Assembly: GCA_031430855.1 (NCBI GenBank) | Contig: JANPCG010000002.1 | Span: forward strand, 1-61,502 | From: Candidatus Kaiserbacteria bacterium | GTDB taxonomy: Bacteria; Patescibacteriota; Minisyncoccia; Phycocordibacterales; UBA918 | Reading direction: 5' to 3' | Length of the DNA: 61,502 bases | Shown here: in pieces, positions 58,388 to 61,502 of the stretch | How positions within the stretch are numbered: position 1 is the stretch's first letter | Layout: each line of letters opens with the position of its first letter | The notes under the pieces: model-generated | What the model saw: the letters and a program-made list of their open reading frames with translations, nothing else | The model's database searches: none | Told to the model about the DNA's origin: nothing | Position numbers and translations under genes: made by a program

Positions 58388-58410
58388 GAAAATTGCTATC
58401 CGCAATTTTC
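58388..58410. repeat. Hairpin family member He (more divergent): GAAAATTGC-TATCC-GCAATTTTC
   Basis: Read directly; 9-bp stem. It lies next to a fourth, degenerate acceptor-like site GCGCGCACTATGG (58416-58428). Confidence 0.8.
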
Positions 58411-58487
58411 AGCCCGCGCGCACTATGGCATCTACACTTTCCCTTCGTGCTCGGTACTATAGCAAATTATGTTTAAAAATGTAAGGG

Positions 58488-58527
58488 GTAATAAGAAAGG
58501 GCGCACAAACGTAGTGTTGCGCGCCCC
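58488..58527 (-). terminator. G+C-rich terminator after the 71-aa ORF
   Basis: Stem GGGCGCACAA/TTGCGCGCCC (58499-58508 with 58517-58526, one mismatch). On the minus strand it is followed by TTTCTTATT. Confidence 0.55.
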
Positions 58528-58548
58528 ATAACTGTCGGTTAACCTGAC

Positions 58549-58764
58549 TCAGAACCACGGACGATCGAGGAAGAGATTGACGGCTGCAATAGCGACTCCA
58601 ATCATTCCGACCCAGCAGATGGCGATGACGATTTTCCCAGCGCGGGAGTTGTCGAAGCGCGCGAGCCTTGCGAGCATGCCGTTCTTGAAGTCCTGTTTGA
58701 GGCCACCATCCTGTTTGGCCATAGTATCAAAGCCCGGATGGTGATCAAAATCACGATTGTCCAT
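58549..58764 (-). CDS. 71-aa protein with a C-terminal TM helix, G+C-rich, function unknown
   Basis: ...KIVIAICWVGMIGVAIAAVNLFL... 60% G+C at 58561-58660 by hand count. GAGG lies 10 nt upstream of the ATG. Has its own terminator. Confidence 0.45.
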   Translation of the reverse strand: MDNRDFDHHPGFDTMAKQDGGLKQDFKNGMLARLARFDNSRAGKIVIAICWVGMIGVAIAAVNLFLDRPWF

Positions 58765-58913
58765 TGTGCTCTTTCCTCAATTGCGACATCAACCTCTCGG
58801 GACTGAGTGTCGATTTTAGAATGACGGTTGTCATCCCACTGACCAAAATATTAGCATGAAATAGCACTTTTGTCAATTGTCTATACCCTGCGTTTTACTG
58901 TCTTTAATACAGT

Positions 58914-60086
58914 ATGATTACAGATATGAATTATATTATCGCTGCCCTACTACTTTTATTACCGAGCGTTACGTTTGCTCAATCAGTTCAAGGAATGATT
59001 ACCGGACTTGGCGACCTTGTAAATAACTACCTGATTCCGTTTGTTCTCGCTTTAGCCTTTTTCATTTTTGTCTACAATGCATTTCGGTTTTTTATTCTTG
59101 AAGGAAGCAACGAGGACGGTCGTGAGAATGCAAAAAACCTCGCTATCTACAGCGTCATGGCGTTTACCTTTTTTGTTCTCTTCTGGGGCCTTATCAACTT
59201 CTTTAGTGAAGAAATTGGACTAGATAACGAGCCCTGTAGTAATGATACGGTTTCAGATTATGTGATCAGTAATTTAGCCCCCTGTACTTCACCAAGGCCG
59301 CGTCCACGCCCTCCAGTAACTGACACTACCGCTCCAGTTCTTGGTGGCAGTGGCAATAATACTGACAGTCCAATTATCATTCCTGGTAACGGTGGCGCCC
59401 AACCTATAACACCAACGACCCCTGGACTTCCCGCGCCTGGCGGTACCGCCTCATACGCCGCAGTACAGGCAGCCCAGACCAGTATTCGCACTACTGCAGC
59501 TCCTTTTTTTACCACTCAATTTAATACCGATTTTGGCTATAATCGTGATATTGTCGCTCCACTATTTACTGACCTAGGGAGTACCTACTCAAACTCGGTT
59601 ACTGAATTGAATCGCTTACGAGCAGCGGTCCGACTGAACGAACTTGGGGTCATTTCTGACACCCAGGTTACCACCTACCTCAATGCCTATAATACCTACG
59701 CGACTGCAGCAGGAACCCTTTCATCTGGACCAATTACGCTCGCGAACATACAAAGTAGTCTCAGCATAAACCCCCCAGCAGCGCTACAAAGTCGAGAAAA
59801 CCAAACGCGACAACTCTTAATTGATACTCTGACTCTGTACAACATGAACAGTAGTACTGATGTCGATATCACTGCTGCAATAGCAAATGCCTACAGCGCT
59901 ACCAGTGATACAAATACCCGATATGAGATGATGCTTGAGATATTTTATCCACCCGCGGCGCCGGGAGGTGGTTCGGCCACTCAGCTCCCGATTAATACTC
60001 AAGCAAAAAATGCTTTTATTGAACGATTTGTATCAGATATTAATACCGAAAAAATTTATGCCGGAGACTTCGATTTAGTTGAATAA
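58914..60086 (+). CDS. Secreted/membrane protein with a T4SS-pilin-like N-terminus (signal peptide + two TM helices) and a ~270-aa Thr/Ala/Pro-rich C-terminal extension
   Basis: IIAALLLLLPSVTFAQ; TM1 LIPFVLALAFFIFVYNAFRFFIL; charged loop EGSNEDGRENAKN; TM2 LAIYSVMAFTFFVLFWGLINFF; then PRPRPRPP and T/A-rich sequence. Confidence 0.45.
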   Translation: MITDMNYIIAALLLLLPSVTFAQSVQGMITGLGDLVNNYLIPFVLALAFFIFVYNAFRFFILEGSNEDGRENAKNLAIYSVMAFTFFVLFWGLINFFSEEIGLDNEPCSNDTVSDYVISNLAPCTSPRPRPRPPVTDTTAPVLGGSGNNTDSPIIIPGNGGAQPITPTTPGLPAPGGTASYAAVQAAQTSIRTTAAPFFTTQFNTDFGYNRDIVAPLFTDLGSTYSNSVTELNRLRAAVRLNELGVISDTQVTTYLNAYNTYATAAGTLSSGPITLANIQSSLSINPPAALQSRENQTRQLLIDTLTLYNMNSSTDVDITAAIANAYSATSDTNTRYEMMLEIFYPPAAPGGGSATQLPINTQAKNAFIERFVSDINTEKIYAGDFDLVE

Positions 60087-60433
60087 TCTAAACCTTCACA
60101 TAAACCATCCTCAAGGGGGTCGGTCTTTCTTGTATTAAAAATTACTTCCTGTGCGACACGTAAAAAACGTATATTTGTGAACGTGTAGGACGACTTTTTA
60201 GAGGGCGGCACAAACAAATAAAAAGCCCACGTATTTCTCGTGCGGTGCAACGTTTAAACAAAATCTAGACAATCTTCTTTTGTCTTATCCTTTTGGATTT
60301 AGTCTTTCCTAAAAGTCCAATACCACTTCAGAGTGTCTGTATTGTCTACTCATTAGGTAGTCAATTGAGCTACCTAATATCGACCAATTAGCCGTTATGT
60401 GATCGGAGTCACCTCCTTTCAACGACGTGTCCA

Positions 60434-61502
60434 ATTGGAATTAATCCACGACCAGCTTCCGCTAGCCGTGCCTTGTTACGACTTAGTCCTTGTTATCGAG
60501 CTTACCGTAAGACCACGCGAGGTGGTATTTCGGGCACTCCCGACTCCCCTGACTTGACGGGCGGTGAGTACAAGGCTCGGGAACGTATTCACCGTGACGT
60601 TGCTGATTCACGATTACTAGCGATTCCGACTTCATGAGGTCGAGTTGCAGACCTCAATCCGAACTGAGGATGGTTTTATAAGGATTTGCTCCACGTTACC
60701 GTATTGCGTCCCGTTGTACCACCCATTGTATCACGTGTGCAGCCCAAGGCATCAAGGGACATGCTGACCTGGCGTCATCCTCACCTTCCTCTCCCGTGAG
60801 GGAGCAGTCTCGCCTGACACTTATAACAGGCAACGAGGGTTGCGTTCGTTTCCCCACTTAAGGGAACAGCTCAAGCCACGAACTGACGACGGCCATGCAT
60901 CACCTGTCCTACACCCTCGAAGGCTTCCCCGGTTTCCCGGGGTGTGCAGTAGGATTTCTAACCTTGGTAAGGTTCTTCGCTTAGCTACGAATTAAGCCAC
61001 ATGATCCACCGCTTGTGCGAGCCCCCGTCTATTCCTTTGAGTTTTAATCTTGCGATCGTACTACCCAGGCGGTCTGTTTAACGCGTTAGCTTCGTCTCTA
61101 AGAGGGTCGATACTCCTAAAAACCAACAGACAGCGTTTAGGGCGTGGACTACGCGGGTATCTAATCCGCTTCGCTACCCACGCTTTCGTGCCTCAGCGTC
61201 AAGAGAGTCCCAGCAAGCTGCCTTCGCATTTGGTATTCCCCACGATATCAACGGATTTCACCCCTACACCGTGAGTTCTGCTTGCCTCTAACTTCTTCTA
61301 GTTATACCGTTTCAAATGCGATTTTTGGGTTGAGCCCAAAGATTTAACACCTGACTAATATAACCGCCTACGCACCCTTTACGCCCAGTAAATCCGGATA
61401 ATGCTTGGGGCCTCTGTATTACCGCTCCTGCTGGCACAGAGTTGGGAGCCCCTTATTCATGGAGTAACATCAATAAACTTTCTCCTCCATAAAAGGTGTT
61501 TA
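60434..61502 (-). rRNA. rrs: 16S rRNA gene, 3' ~1.07 kb (from about E. coli position 440 to the 3' end); 5' part lies beyond the right window edge
   Basis: Reverse complement contains GTGCCAGCAGGAGCGGTAATAC (515 region, near 61430), GAATACGTTCCCGAGCCTTGTACTCACCGCCCGTCA, AAGTCGTAACAAGG and helix 45 with a GGAA loop. The length from the 515 region to the end is about 1000 nt, so there is no large insertion. The 3' end is placed by alignment to the E. coli terminus. Confidence 0.95.

Noticed and set aside
57522-58410. The hairpin family as a CRISPR array.
   Set aside because: The stems differ between copies (true CRISPR repeats are near-identical), spacing is irregular (130, 19, 145 and 469 nt), and there are no cas genes.
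57462-58548. An integrated mobile element using tRNA-Ile as its att site.
   Set aside because: tRNA 3'-end duplications are present, but the intervals are only 200-320 bp. No integrase, transposase or other element gene lies in or next to the region, so I describe it as duplication/rearrangement instead.
60434-61502. Intron or homing-endonuclease insertion in the 16S gene; track ORF 61050..61274.
   Set aside because: The distance from the 515 region to the 3' end (~1000 nt) matches an uninterrupted 16S. The ORF lies within conserved rRNA sequence and is spurious.
1-61502. Alternative genetic code (UGA recoded), as in some candidate-phylum lineages.
   Set aside because: Well-supported genes end at TGA (for example 16701 and 58549). 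Family-length proteins are obtained with the standard code, and I saw no in-frame TGA splitting recognisable genes.

Overview
This is a 61.5-kb chromosomal window with a backbone of roughly 43-46% G+C (hand counts of 100-nt samples). Genes are tightly packed, often overlapping, and almost all on the minus strand.

The content suggests a small-genome Patescibacteria/CPR-like bacterium, but that assignment is inference. The clues are:
- a compact 315-aa MetK
- murB/murC/murD and an L,D-transpeptidase/PBP fusion, but nothing for an outer membrane
- membrane-tethered HTH proteins
- DUF285/BspA-type surface proteins
- T4SS-pilin-like and coupling-ATPase-like genes
- a divergent 16S

Order along the window:
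- 1-3039: a partial secreted surface protein plus two HTH-membrane paralogues.
- gatB-obg, then a 736-bp gene-free stretch with four copies of a perfect 20-bp palindrome.
- A holin-like gene, secA, a 58-aa Lys-rich histone-H1-like gene, and murB.
- 10865-41869: a ~31-kb envelope-glycan island, interrupted by an NYN nuclease gene and a NUDIX gene. It holds an O-antigen-ligase/TPR protein, a sulfotransferase, five GT4, one GT2, one GT9, a GtrA-PMT fusion, a Wzx-like flippase, seven SAM methyltransferases, a complete ADP-heptose-type route, a HAD/PIG-L/ATP-grasp trio, a LamG protein, a kinase, an HD hydrolase, a cupin and an SDR.
- A VirD4-like ATPase, the LDT-PBP fusion and two tandem BspA-like proteins.
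- rsmI, SAM-riboswitch-metK, DUF218, murC, a NUDIX-like gene, pgeF and murD.
- A scrambled tRNA-Ile(GAU) locus, a pilin-like gene, and the 3' ~1.07 kb of a 16S rRNA gene.

Most noteworthy observations:
1. The canonical 16S 3' tail CACCTCCTTTC is present but inverted (a 34-nt flip directly after helix 45), leaving the rRNA without CCUCC.
2. Consistent with that, operon-first genes carry a GGTATACT -10 box 6-9 nt from the ATG (leaderless) and no SD. Five G+C-rich single-gene cassettes, each with its own G+C-rich terminator, mostly do carry SD motifs and are likely imports.
3. The tRNA-Ile locus is a 536-bp tandem duplication. It is full of tRNA fragments, an inverted copy of the tRNA leader, loop-flipped hairpins, and a family of covarying GARAA..CTAA..TTYTC hairpins that replace tRNA loops.
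4. The palindrome array upstream of obg.
5. A consensus promoter plus terminator that would make a ~50-nt antisense RNA over the 3' end of the NYN nuclease gene.

No CRISPR array, integrase, transposase or reverse transcriptase was seen.
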